NCBI RefSeq assembly: GCF_000026545.1
Contig: NC_011601.1
DNA length: 64,000 nt
Strand: one strand, 5' to 3'
DNA from: Escherichia coli O127:H6 str. E2348/69
GTDB lineage: Bacteria > Pseudomonadota > Gammaproteobacteria > Enterobacterales > Enterobacteriaceae
Made by a program: the position numbers and the translations under genes
The notes under the pieces: generated by a model
Databases searched by the model: none
What the model was told of the DNA's origin: nothing
The model's input: the letters and a program-made list of their open reading frames with translations, nothing else
Part shown: one piece after another, positions 40,213-53,948 of the stretch
How the letters are laid out: each line of letters starts with the position of its first letter
How positions within the stretch are numbered: the first letter of the stretch is position 1

Positions 40213-41568
40213 ATGTTGTCAAAATTTAAGCGTAATAAACATCAACAACACCTTGCCCAACTACCCAAGATTTCTCAATCAGTTGATGATGTCGATTTCT
40301 TTTACGCTCCCGCCGACTTCCGGGAGACGCTGCTGGAAAAAATAGCCAGCGCGAAGCAGCGCATTTGCATTGTCGCCCTGTATCTCGAACAGGATGACGG
40401 TGGCAAAGGCATTCTGAACGCGTTGTATGAGGCTAAAAGGCAGCGTCCGGAACTGGATGTGCGGGTGCTGGTCGACTGGCATCGTGCACAACGTGGACGC
40501 ATTGGCGCTGCGGCATCTAACACTAACGCTGACTGGTACTGCCGCATGGCGCAGGAAAATCCGGGCGTAGATGTTCCGGTTTATGGCGTTCCAATCAATA
40601 CCCGTGAAGCCCTTGGTGTTCTGCACTTTAAAGGCTTTATCATCGACGATAGCGTACTTTATAGCGGTGCCAGCCTGAACGATGTTTACCTGCATCAGCA
40701 CGATAAATATCGCTACGACCGTTATCATCTGATCCGTAACCGTAAGATGTCAGACATTATGTTTGAATGGGTTACACAGAATATTATGAATGGCCGCGGC
40801 GTTAATCGTCTGGATGATGTTAATCGGCCAAAAAGCCCGGAAATCAAGAACGACATTCGCCTGTTCCGCCAGGAGCTGCGTGATGCCGCTTATCATTTCC
40901 AGGGCGATGCCGACAACGATCAGCTTTCCGTAACGCCGCTAGTGGGGCTGGGGAAATCGAGTCTGTTGAACAAGACCATTTTCCATCTTATGCCTTGTGC
41001 CGAGCAGAAACTAACCATCTGTACGCCATACTTCAACCTGCCAGCAATCCTTGTGCGCAATATTATCCAGTTGCTGCGCGAAGGGAAAAAGGTCGAAATT
41101 ATTGTTGGTGATAAAACCGCGAACGACTTCTACATTCCGGAAGATGAACCTTTCAAGATAATTGGCGCATTGCCTTATCTCTATGAGATCAATCTGCGTC
41201 GTTTCCTGAGCCGTTTGCAGTATTACGTCAATACTGACCAGCTAGTGGTTCGGTTATGGAAAGATGACGACAACACCTATCACCTAAAAGGGATGTGGGT
41301 TGATGATAAGTGGATGTTGATCACCGGTAATAACCTGAACCCGCGCGCCTGGCGTCTGGATCTGGAAAACGCCATTTTGATCCACGATCCACAACTGGAG
41401 CTTGCGCCGCAGCGAGAGAAAGAACTGGAGCTGATCCGCGAGCATACCACCATCGTTAAGCACTATCGCGATCTGCAAAGTATTGCCGATTATCCGGTGA
41501 AGGTTCGTAAACTCATCCGCCGTCTGCGCCGTATCCGCATCGACCGATTAATTAGCCGCATCCTGTAA
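40213..41568 (+). CDS. pssA: CDP-diacylglycerol--serine O-phosphatidyltransferase (451 aa)
   Basis: ORF track 40210..41568 (GTG then ATG at 40213); PLD-type HKD motifs (HFKGFIIDD, HLKGMWVDD). Confidence 0.95.
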   Translation: MLSKFKRNKHQQHLAQLPKISQSVDDVDFFYAPADFRETLLEKIASAKQRICIVALYLEQDDGGKGILNALYEAKRQRPELDVRVLVDWHRAQRGRIGAAASNTNADWYCRMAQENPGVDVPVYGVPINTREALGVLHFKGFIIDDSVLYSGASLNDVYLHQHDKYRYDRYHLIRNRKMSDIMFEWVTQNIMNGRGVNRLDDVNRPKSPEIKNDIRLFRQELRDAAYHFQGDADNDQLSVTPLVGLGKSSLLNKTIFHLMPCAEQKLTICTPYFNLPAILVRNIIQLLREGKKVEIIVGDKTANDFYIPEDEPFKIIGALPYLYEINLRRFLSRLQYYVNTDQLVVRLWKDDDNTYHLKGMWVDDKWMLITGNNLNPRAWRLDLENAILIHDPQLELAPQREKELELIREHTTIVKHYRDLQSIADYPVKVRKLIRRLRRIRIDRLISRIL

Positions 41569-41572
41569 TCAC

Positions 41573-41600
41573 AACCCCGTCCTGTACGGGGTTTGTTTTT
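41573..41600 (+). terminator. Intrinsic terminator after pssA (aaccccgt-cctg-tacggggtt then T-run)
   Basis: Hairpin plus tgtttttt; the yfiM Shine-Dalgarno ggagg follows immediately. Confidence 0.75.
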
Positions 41601-41613
41601 TGGAGGCCACGTT

Positions 41614-41937
41614 TTGCGTATTCTTTTTGTCTGTTCGCTATTATTACTTTCTGGATGCAGCCATATGGCTAACGATAGCTGGAGCGGGCAGGATAAAGCT
41701 CAACACTTTATCGCCTCGGCGATGCTTTCCGCCGCCGGAAATGAATATTCACAGCATCAGGGGATGAGCCGGGATCGCAGTGCCATGTTCGGATTAATGT
41801 TCTCTGTCAGTTTGGGGGCGTCAAAAGAGCTTTGGGATAGCCGCCCCGAAGGGAGCGGCTGGAGCTGGAGGGATTTGGCCTGGGATGTCGCCGGTGCAAG
41901 CACCGGCTATACCGTCTGGCAACTGACCCGTCACTAA
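41614..41937 (+). CDS. yfiM: Lipoprotein YfiM (107 aa), TTG start
   Basis: ORF track 41593..41937; lipobox LLLSGCS; TTG at 41614 preceded by ggagg at 41602-41606 gives 107 aa. Confidence 0.85.
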   Translation: MRILFVCSLLLLSGCSHMANDSWSGQDKAQHFIASAMLSAAGNEYSQHQGMSRDRSAMFGLMFSVSLGASKELWDSRPEGSGWSWRDLAWDVAGASTGYTVWQLTRH

Positions 41938-43232
41938 AGACGCATCCCCTTCCCTTTGCGATGTAGCATCAAAGAAACCAGAAACGCCACCACGGCCATC
42001 AAGGTCACATACCAGAAGAAGGCTGTTTCCATTCCTATTGATTTCAGCGACAACGCTACGTACTCCGCCGAACCACCAAATATAGCATTAGCGACCGCAT
42101 ATGACAGACCAACGCCTAATGCGCGAACCTGTGCCGGGAACATCTCAGCCTTCAGTATTCCACTGATTGAAGTATAAAAACTCACGATCAGCAGGGCGCA
42201 CATCACCAGACCAAAAGCGGCATAAGGCGAGGAAACGTTCTGCAATGCTGAGAGAATAGGAACGGTAAAAATGGCTGCCAGAGAACCGAAACATAACATT
42301 GAGGTACGACGACCAATCTTATCCGACAGCGCGCCAATAAGTGGTTGAATAAGCATGAATACAAACAATGCGGCAGTCATAATGCCACTCGCCACGTTGG
42401 CATGCATTCCCGCAGTATTTACCAGATACTTCTGCATATAAGTGGTGAAGGTATAGAAACAAAGGGAGCCCGCAGCGGTAAAACCGAGAACCATGATGAA
42501 TGCACGGCGATTGCGCCATAATCCTTTCAGAGATCCAGCTTCTTTTAAAGCGCGTGTTTCTTGTTGTGAAGTTTCATCTAACTGACGACGTAACCACAAC
42601 GCCACAACAGCTAACACAGCCCCTAACGCGAAAGGAATACGCCATCCCCACTCTCTGAGTACAGCGTCTTCCATGGTGTGTTGTAAAACCACGACAACCA
42701 GTAGAGCTAGCAGTTGCCCGCCGATCAACGTCACATACTGAAATGATGCGTAAAAACCTTTGCGCCCTTCAACGGCAACTTCACTCATATAGGTGGCGCT
42801 GGTGCCATATTCTCCGCCAACGGATAATCCCTGGAATAAACGCGCGAGAAGCAATAATGCCGGAGCCCAGGTACCGATTGTTTCGTAGCCTGGCAAACAG
42901 GCGATAACCAGTGAGCCGAAACACATCATACACACCGATAACAACATCGATTTTTTGCGACCATGTTTATCGGCTATGCGGCCAAATAGCCAACCGCCTA
43001 TTGGGCGCATCAGAAATCCTGCAGCAAAAACACCTGCTGTTTGCAGTAGTTGAGTCGTCGTGTTCCCGGAAGGGAAGAAGATGTGGGCGAAGTAGAGTGA
43101 ACAGAACGAGTAGACATAGAAATCGAACCACTCGACCAGATTACCTGAAGAGGCCCCAACAATTGCCCAAATGCGGCGACGAGTATCACTACTTGTCAGT
43201 TTGCTGTCTGCCGTTACAGTACTTTCAGCCAT
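41934..43232 (-). CDS. kgtP: Alpha-ketoglutarate permease, MFS transporter (432 aa)
   Basis: ORF track 41934..43232; 12-TM MFS with metabolite:H+ symporter signature. Confidence 0.96.
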   Translation of the reverse strand: MAESTVTADSKLTSSDTRRRIWAIVGASSGNLVEWFDFYVYSFCSLYFAHIFFPSGNTTTQLLQTAGVFAAGFLMRPIGGWLFGRIADKHGRKKSMLLSVCMMCFGSLVIACLPGYETIGTWAPALLLLARLFQGLSVGGEYGTSATYMSEVAVEGRKGFYASFQYVTLIGGQLLALLVVVVLQHTMEDAVLREWGWRIPFALGAVLAVVALWLRRQLDETSQQETRALKEAGSLKGLWRNRRAFIMVLGFTAAGSLCFYTFTTYMQKYLVNTAGMHANVASGIMTAALFVFMLIQPLIGALSDKIGRRTSMLCFGSLAAIFTVPILSALQNVSSPYAAFGLVMCALLIVSFYTSISGILKAEMFPAQVRALGVGLSYAVANAIFGGSAEYVALSLKSIGMETAFFWYVTLMAVVAFLVSLMLHRKGKGMRL

Positions 43233-43568
43233 GCCATTATGTCTCCTGCCGTAATCCGATGCTTTTGTCGGTCGCTTTTGTTCATTTTTTTGGTAAAGAA
43301 AATGTTATACATTTGTTGCGTATCATTATGCAACCTTAACCATGAATTTAGTTAGCAGGAAAATGGTTATTAAGGAGCTTAAGGATAGATTTCTGGTAAG
43401 GAGGAAGTATGGAAGTGGGCAATTTGGGGAAGACGTATTCGCTGGCGTATGTGGAGGAATAAGCTGCCTCTACCGTGCTTGCGTAGGCCGATGTGATGGA
43501 CACCTCCCGCCTTACGGCATCAATGTGCCAGACTGAGGCGTACCCAGTTCCCAGGTGGAGGTGTCCGT

Positions 43569-44686
43569 CATGAATATTAAGCGTATTGGTCTCGATCTTG
43601 CAAAAACGTTTTTCAGATCCACGGCGTTGATCACCATGAAAAAGTGGTACTGCGAAAAAGGCTGCGCCGTCCCCACATGATGACGTTTTTCTCCGGGCTT
43701 TCTCCCTGCCTCATCGGCATCGAAGCCTGTGGCTCTTCTCATTACTGGGCCCGCGAGCTCACCCGTATGGGCCATACCGTGCGCATTATTCCACCGAAAC
43801 TTGTCAAACCTTATCTCAAAGGTAACAAAAACGACGCCAATGATACAGCCGCCATCTGTGGGGCCATCAGCAGGCCCGGCATGCGATTTGTTGCCCTCAA
43901 ATCGGAAGCCCAGCAGACGCTGCAGGCAGAGCACCGGGTCCGGGTCCGGGTCCGGGTCCGGGTCCGGGTCCGGGTCCGGGTCCGGGTCCGGGTCCGGGTC
44001 CGGGTCCGGGTCCGGGTCCGGGTCCGGGTCCGGGTCCGGGCAAGAATCATCCGCGAGCGAACGGCACTGTGCAATGAAATCCGGGGGCTGTTAAGTGAGT
44101 TTGGTCTGGTGCTGCCCGTGGGGATAAGGCATGTGCGTAAAATCCTGCCGGAAATCCTGTCACAACAGGAGCAGTGGAATGACCGCTTCATCCGTTTGTT
44201 GTGCGAACTGTCAGAGGAAATGCAGATGCTAGATGAACGCATATCGCGTTATGACCGCCGTCCTCATGAGGCTGCAAGGGATGATATCCGTATTAAACGG
44301 CTGATGGAAATAGAGAGTTTTGGCCCGATAGTAGCGAGCGCTTTGTAGCCGCCGTAGGGGATGCGAAGCAATTTAAAAACGGGTGGGAAATGTCAGCCTT
44401 TATTGGGCTGGTTCCGCGACAGCATTCCAGCGGCGGAAAAGAGCGGTTGGGTCATATAAGCAAACGGGGCGACAGTTACCAGAGAACGCTGATAATCCAC
44501 GGTCCCCCCGCAGTACTGAGATTCAGCGCCGGAAAAACAGACAGGCGCAGTCGCTGGCTACAGTCGGTGGCAGAAAGACGCAATAACAATATTGCCGTGG
44601 TGGCGCTGGCAAATAAAAACATCAGGATAGCGTAGGCGATATTAAATCGTGGTGAAGAGTACTGTGGGGTGCCGAATGCGGCGTAA
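43569..44686 (+). pseudogene. IS110-family (DEDD) transposase/recombinase pseudogene: -1 frameshift at A5 run 43601-43605, in-frame 102 bp hexamer expansion, 1 bp deletion near 44345, in-frame TAG at 44633
   Basis: Joined frames read MNIKRIGLDLAK|NVFQIHGVDHHEKVVLRKRLRRPHMMTFFSGLSPCLIGIEACGSSHYWARELTRMGHTVRIIPPKLVKPYLKGNKNDANDTAA...QAEH(RV)17RARIIRERTAL...ESFGPIVASAL|VAAVGDAKQFKNGWEMSAFIGLVPRQHSSGGKERLGHISKRGDSYQRTLIIHG...ANKNIRIA*AILNRGEEY; N- and C-terminal motifs are characteristic of IS110-family recombinases (ORF track 43644..44348 and 44390..44635). Confidence 0.8.
43934..44040. repeat. Perfect hexanucleotide tandem repeat (CCGGGT)x17.8, 107 bp, in frame within the IS110-family tnp pseudogene
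   Basis: Directly visible; encodes (RV)17 in the tnp frame, (GS)n and (PG)n in the other plus frames, (TR)n on the minus strand (see ORF track 43644, 43729, 43811). Confidence 0.98.
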
Positions 44687-44965
44687 ACAGCACTGACCAC
44701 CTTGTAAGTAAACGAGTAATAAACCTGCCGTAAGCGTACAAAGTTATAAAAAACTGATGTGTAACAGGTAAGACCGACATCTGATAAATCCGACCTTATC
44801 CATGGCTCCCTGTAAAGCAAAGCCGGCAGGCCGAAAGGAAACAGATGCGCAGATAACATCATGGCCGGGAACGACGGTACCGTAAGAGAGGCCGGATATA
44901 CGAATGCAACTTACTCCCGTTACACAGATGAAAAATAACTTGCGCAACGGGAGTTGTCCATATAT

Positions 44966-44996
44966 GGATAAGACGTGCCAGCGTCGCATCCGGCAT
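44966..44996. repeat. REP element next to the rrnG terminator
   Basis: Reverse complement gccggatgcgacgctggcacgtcttatcc matches the REP consensus. Confidence 0.7.
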
Positions 44997-45013
44997 TTAT
45001 TCCGCACCAACGC

Positions 45014-45039
45014 AAAAAAGCCCAGTCTTCCGACTGGGC
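45014..45039 (-). terminator. rrnG operon terminator (gcccagtc-ttcc-gactgggc, U-run on minus strand)
   Basis: Hairpin with A6 on the plus strand, immediately downstream of the 5S rRNA on the minus strand. Confidence 0.85.
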
Positions 45040-45054
45040 CTTTCGCTAAATTTG

Positions 45055-45174
45055 ATGCCTGGCAGTTCCCTACTCTCGCATGGGGAGACCCCACACTACC
45101 ATCGGCGCTACGGCGTTTCACTTCTGAGTTCGGCATGGGGTCAGGTGGGACCACCGCGCTAAGGCCGCCAGGCA
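45055..45174 (-). rRNA. rrfG: 5S ribosomal RNA (120 nt)
   Basis: Reverse complement reads TGCCTGGCGGCCTTAGCGCGGTGGTCCCACCTGACCCCATGCCGAACTCAGAAGTGAAACGCCGTAGCGCCGATGGTAGTGTGGGGTCTCCCCATGCGAGAGTAGGGAACTGCCAGGCAT; operon named rrnG by synteny (kgtP/clpB flanks). Confidence 0.97.
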
Positions 45175-45272
45175 AATTCTGTTTTATCAACACGTCACGT
45201 TATGACCTGTCGATTTAATCTGTATCAGGCTGAAAATCTTCTCTCAATCCGCCAAAACATCTTCGGCGTTGT

Positions 45273-48176
<2,904 letters not shown>

Positions 48177-48369
48177 TCACAACCCGAAGATGTTTCTTGC
48201 GATTCATCATCGTGCTGCGAAAATTTGAGAGACTCACGAACAACTCTCGTTGTTCAGTGTTTCAATTTTCAGCTTGATCCAGATTTTTAAAGAGCAAATA
48301 TCTCAAACATCACCCGAAGATGAGTTTTGAGATATTAAGGCAGGTGACTTTCACTCACAAACCAGCAAG

Positions 48370-48445
48370 TGGCGTCCCCTAGGGGATTCGAACCCCTGTT
48401 ACCGCCGTGAAAGGGCGGTGTCCTGGGCCTCTAGACGAAGGGGAC
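48370..48445 (-). tRNA. gltW: tRNA-Glu (UUC) in the 16S-23S spacer
   Basis: Reverse complement GTCCCCTTCGTCTAGAGGCCCAGGACACCGCCCTTTCACGGCGGTAACAGGGGTTCGAATCCCCTAGGGGACGCCA (76 nt, anticodon TTC in the CTTTCAC loop). Confidence 0.95.
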
Positions 48446-48530
48446 GTATCAGTCTGCTTCGCAAGACGCCTTGCTTTTCACTTTCTATCAGACAATCTGT
48501 GTGAGCACTGCAAAGTACGCTTCTTTAAGG

Positions 48531-50072
<1,542 letters not shown>

Positions 50073-50253
50073 AAAAGTTTGATGCTCAAAGAATTAAACT
50101 TCGTAATGAATTACGTGTTCACTCCTGAGACTTGGTATTCATTTTTCGTCTTGCGACGTTAAGAATCTGTATCTTCGAGCGCCCACACAGATTGTCTGAT
50201 AAATTGTTAAAGAGCAGTGCCGCTTCGCTTTTTCTCAGCGGCGCGGGGTGTAC

Positions 50254-50281
50254 ATAATACACTTTCCCGCTACAGAGTCAA
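50254..50281 (-). promoter_or_regulatory. rrn P2 promoter (-35 TTGACT, 16 bp spacer, -10 TATTAT)
   Basis: Reverse complement ttgactctgtagcgggaaagtgtattat. Confidence 0.8.
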
Positions 50282-50371
50282 GCATTTTTTTGCTTTTCTC
50301 TGTTGAGATTCTCAGGAGAACCCCGCTGACCCGGCGGCGTGCTTGCCGTTGTTCCGTGTCAGTGGTGGCGC

Positions 50372-50399
50372 ATTATAGGGAGTTATTCCGGCCTGACAA
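50372..50399 (-). promoter_or_regulatory. rrn P1 promoter (-35 TTGTCA, 16 bp spacer, -10 TATAAT, GC-rich discriminator GCGCCACC); AT-rich UP/Fis region extends to about 50470
   Basis: Reverse complement cttgtcaggccggaataactccctataatgcgccaccact is the classic rrn P1 core. Confidence 0.85.
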
Positions 50400-50485
50400 G
50401 CGAAAAATATAAAAACTTTATCGTTCGCTCATTTTTCAGGCAAAATATCTTAAATATAGTCTTTCCCGTCTAACTTATAGACAAA

Positions 50486-50510
50486 AACGAGCCCCAAAGG
50501 GCTCGTTTTA
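50486..50510 (-). terminator. Intrinsic terminator of clpB (aaaacgagccc-caaa-gggctcgtttt)
   Basis: Hairpin with flanking A/T runs immediately after the clpB stop. Confidence 0.8.
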
Positions 50511-50513
50511 TCA

Positions 50514-53087
50514 TTACTGGACGGCGACAATCCGGTCTTCATTAACTTCCAGGCGAATAACTTTACCCGGAACCAATTCACCTGACAGTATTTGCTGTGC
50601 CAACGGGTTTTCGATCTGCTGCTGGATAGCACGTTTCAGAGGACGTGCACCATAGACCGGATCGTAACCGTTCTCGCTCAGCAGTTTCAGCGCCTCGTCA
50701 GAAATGTGGATTTCATAACCACGTTCTTCCAGACGTTTGTACAGACGTTTCAACTGAATCTGCGCAATCGACGCAATGTGCTGTTCACCCAGCGGATGGA
50801 AGACCACCACTTCATCGATACGGTTAATGAATTCCGGACGGAAGTTATGGCTTACCACACCGAGCACCAGCTCTTTCATGTGCGCATAATCCAGTTCACC
50901 GAAGCGTTCCTGAATCAAATCGGAACCGAGGTTAGAGGTCATAATGACAACCGTATTACGGAAGTCGACCGTTCTCCCCTGTCCGTCAGTCAGACGCCCA
51001 TCATCCAGTACCTGCAACAGAATGTTGAAGACATCCGGATGCGCTTTTTCAACTTCATCCAGCAGAATGACGGAATACGGACGACGACGCACCGCTTCGG
51101 TCAGGTAGCCACCTTCTTCATAACCGACATATCCCGGAGGCGCACCAACCAGACGAGACACCGAGTGTTTCTCCATAAACTCGGACATATCGATACGGAC
51201 CATCGCCTCGTCGCTATCAAACATAAAGTTCGCTAGCGCCTTACAAAGCTCAGTTTTCCCCACACCGGTTGGGCCGAGGAACAGGAATGAACCAATCGGG
51301 CGATTTGGATCCGCCAGCCCCGCACGGCTACGACGAATAGCGTTAGATACCGCATCAACCGCTTCGTTCTGACCAATAACGCGATGGTGCAGTTCTTGCT
51401 CCATACGCAGCAGTTTTTCGCGCTCGCTTTCCATCATGCGAGAAACCGGAATCCCCGTCCAACGCGCCAGCACTTCAGCAATTTCGGCATCGGTCACTTT
51501 ATTACGCAACAGACGCATAGTTTTGCCTTCGAGCTGCGTTGCGGCTTCCAGTTGCTTTTCCAGTTCCGGGATTTTGCCGTATTGCAGTTCAGACATCCGC
51601 GCCAGGTCCCCCACACGGCGAGCCTGTTCAATAGCGATTTTCGCCTGTTCCAGTTCCGCTTTAATGGTCTGTGTACCAGAAAGCGATGCTTTCTCTGCTT
51701 TCCACTCTTCTTCTAACTCGGAGTACTGACGTTCTTTGTCGCTCAGTTCTTCGTTGAGCATATCCAGGCGTTTTTTACTGGCTTCATCAGACTCTTTCAT
51801 TAACGCCTGTTGTTCCAGTTTAAGCTGGATGATACGGCGATCGAGTCGGTCGAGTTCTTCTGGTTTTGAGTCAATCTGCATACGAATGCTGGATGCTGCT
51901 TCATCGATCAGGTCGATGGCTTTATCCGGCAGCTGACGGTCAGCAATGTAGCGATGAGACAACGTCGCCGCTGCAACAATTGCCGGGTCAGTAATTTGCA
52001 CATGGTGGTGCAACTCATAACGTTCTTTCAGGCCACGCAGAATAGCAATGGTATCTTCAACAGAAGGCTCGGCAACAAACACTTTCTGGAAACGACGTTC
52101 CAGCGCAGCATCTTTTTCGATGTACTGGCGATATTCGTCAAGCGTCGTGGCACCTACGCAGTGCAATTCACCACGCGCCAGTGCCGGTTTCAGCATGTTT
52201 CCGGCGTCCATTGCGCCATCGGCTTTACCCGCGCCGACCATGGTATGTAATTCGTCGATAAACAGGATGACGTTGCCTTCCTGTTTGGCAAGATCGTTAA
52301 GTACGCCTTTTAAACGTTCTTCAAACTCACCGCGATATTTCGCCCCAGCCACCAGCGCGCCCATATCCAGCGCCAGTACGCGGCGGCCTTTCAACCCTTC
52401 GGGCACTTCGCCGTTGATAATACGCTGCGCCAGACCTTCAACGATGGCAGTTTTACCGACGCCGGGTTCACCAATCAATACCGGGTTATTTTTAGTACGA
52501 CGTTGCAGCACCTGAATGGTACGGCGAATTTCTTCATCACGACCAATCACCGGATCAAGTTTGCCTTGTTCGGCTCGTTCGGTAAGGTCGATGGTATATT
52601 TTTTCAAAGCCTGACGTTGGTCTTCAGCACCCTGATCGTTCACGCTTTCACCTCCACGCATTTGTTCAATCGCTTGAGTAATGTTGGCGGTGGTCGCCCC
52701 TGCTGCTTTCAGGATGTCGGCCAGTGTGCCGCGAGACTCAAGTGCCGCCAGAACGAACAGTTCTGACGAGATAAAGTTATCACCACGTTTTTGCGCCAGC
52801 TTGTCGCAAAGATTAAGAACGCGCACCAGATCCTGTGATGGCTGGACATCACCACCAGTACCTTCAACCTGTGGTAAACGATTTAATGCCTGATTGATAT
52901 CTGTGCGCAACTGGCCAGCATTAATGCCAGCGGATGTTAATAAAGGACTAACCGAACCCCCTTCCTGATTCAGCAGGGCGCTCATTAAATGAAGTGGTTC
53001 GATGAATTGGTTGTCGTGCCCGAGTGCAAGTGATTGGGCATCGGCAAGAGCAAGCTGGAATTTATTAGTAAGACGATCCAGACGCAT
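50514..53087 (-). CDS. clpB: Disaggregase chaperone ClpB (857 aa)
   Basis: ORF track 50514..53099; two AAA+ modules with Walker A ([16 protein letters not shown]); start placed at [18 protein letters not shown] giving 857 aa. Confidence 0.97.
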
Positions 53088-53125
53088 AACTCCTCCCATA
53101 ACGGATCAAAGTTGCTACTGGAGAT

Positions 53126-53155
53126 TAAATGAGGTCATCCCTCAATTATTCAAGG
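53126..53155 (-). promoter_or_regulatory. Sigma-32 heat-shock promoter of clpB (-35 CTTGAA, -10 CCTCATTTA)
   Basis: Reverse complement ccttgaataattgagggatgacctcatttaatc matches sigma-32 consensus TTGAAA-N13-15-CCCCATnT. Confidence 0.75.
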
Positions 53156-53216
53156 TTATTGACCAGATTAATGTGAAAAGAAAATCACGCGTACCGGATC
53201 GTCTTGATTCTTTAGG

Positions 53217-53948
53217 TTATATCAGCCAAATGAAACTTGCCATACGACCGGTGGTCTTGTCGCGACGATAAGAGAAGAAAGTCTCATTTTCCGTATATGT
53301 ACAACGGTCACCGCCAAAAATTTGTTCAACACCAACGCTCGCCAGACGCTGCCGGGCAAGCTGATAAATATCCGCCAGATACTTATCACCATGCTGAATG
53401 AAAGCTGTACTCGCTTTGGCATCTACTGCCATAAACGCCTCGCGAACCTCCGCCCCCACTTCAAACGCGCGTGGACCAATTGCCGGCCCTAACCAGGCGA
53501 GAATATTTTCCGGATTATCAGCAAAACAGGAAACCGTCTCTTCCAACACGCCTGCGCACAGTCCACGCCAGCCTGCATGAGCGGCGGCGACCTCCGTTCC
53601 CGCACGATTGCAAAACAGCACGGGCAGGCAGTCGGCAGTCATCACTGCGCAAACCGTGCCAGGCGTATTGCTATAAGAGGCATCTGCTCGTTTTGAGGCA
53701 TAAGGTTCGCCAATAAGCTTAAGCACATCTTTGCCGTGTACCTGCTCAAGCCAGACCGGTTTAGAAGGCAAATTGCCCGCAGCAAAAAGTCGCTTGCGAT
53801 TCTCCTCAACGTGATCCGGGTTATCACCACAATGAGCGCCAAGGTTGAGAGAGTCGTAAGGCGGCAAGCTCACGCCGCCGATACGGGTAGAGCTACAGGC
53901 CGCAACACCTTTTGGCAGCGGCCACTGCGGGACAATCAGCTTACTCAT
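53217..53948 (-). CDS. yfiH: Laccase-domain (DUF152) purine nucleoside phosphorylase-type protein (243 aa)
   Basis: ORF track 53217..53948; start overlaps rluD stop by 4 bp. Confidence 0.9.
   Translation of the reverse strand: MSKLIVPQWPLPKGVAACSSTRIGGVSLPPYDSLNLGAHCGDNPDHVEENRKRLFAAGNLPSKPVWLEQVHGKDVLKLIGEPYASKRADASYSNTPGTVCAVMTADCLPVLFCNRAGTEVAAAHAGWRGLCAGVLEETVSCFADNPENILAWLGPAIGPRAFEVGAEVREAFMAVDAKASTAFIQHGDKYLADIYQLARQRLASVGVEQIFGGDRCTYTENETFFSYRRDKTTGRMASFIWLI

Larger units (their letters stand above)
43340..44840 (+). mobile_element. Degenerate IS110-family insertion sequence (boundaries approximate; family lacks terminal inverted repeats)
   Basis: The kgtP-to-5S interval is 1822 bp here and contains a broken IS110-type DEDD recombinase gene with about 230 nt 5' and about 150-300 nt 3' non-coding flanks. 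Ends could not be fixed from sequence alone. Confidence 0.6.

Noticed and set aside
43342-43536. 64-aa ORF in the 5' flank of the IS110-family element
   Set aside because: No RBS or recognisable features; the region is better explained as the structured non-coding end of the element.
43934-44040. Possible CRISPR array or other spacer-containing repeat at the tandem repeat
   Set aside because: The unit is only 6 bp, perfectly tandem with no spacers and no leader or cas genes; it is a microsatellite inside a coding frame.
48370-48445. tRNA-Glu as a possible genomic-island integration anchor
   Set aside because: It is the spacer tRNA inside the rrn operon; no integrase, direct repeats or foreign gene block adjacent.
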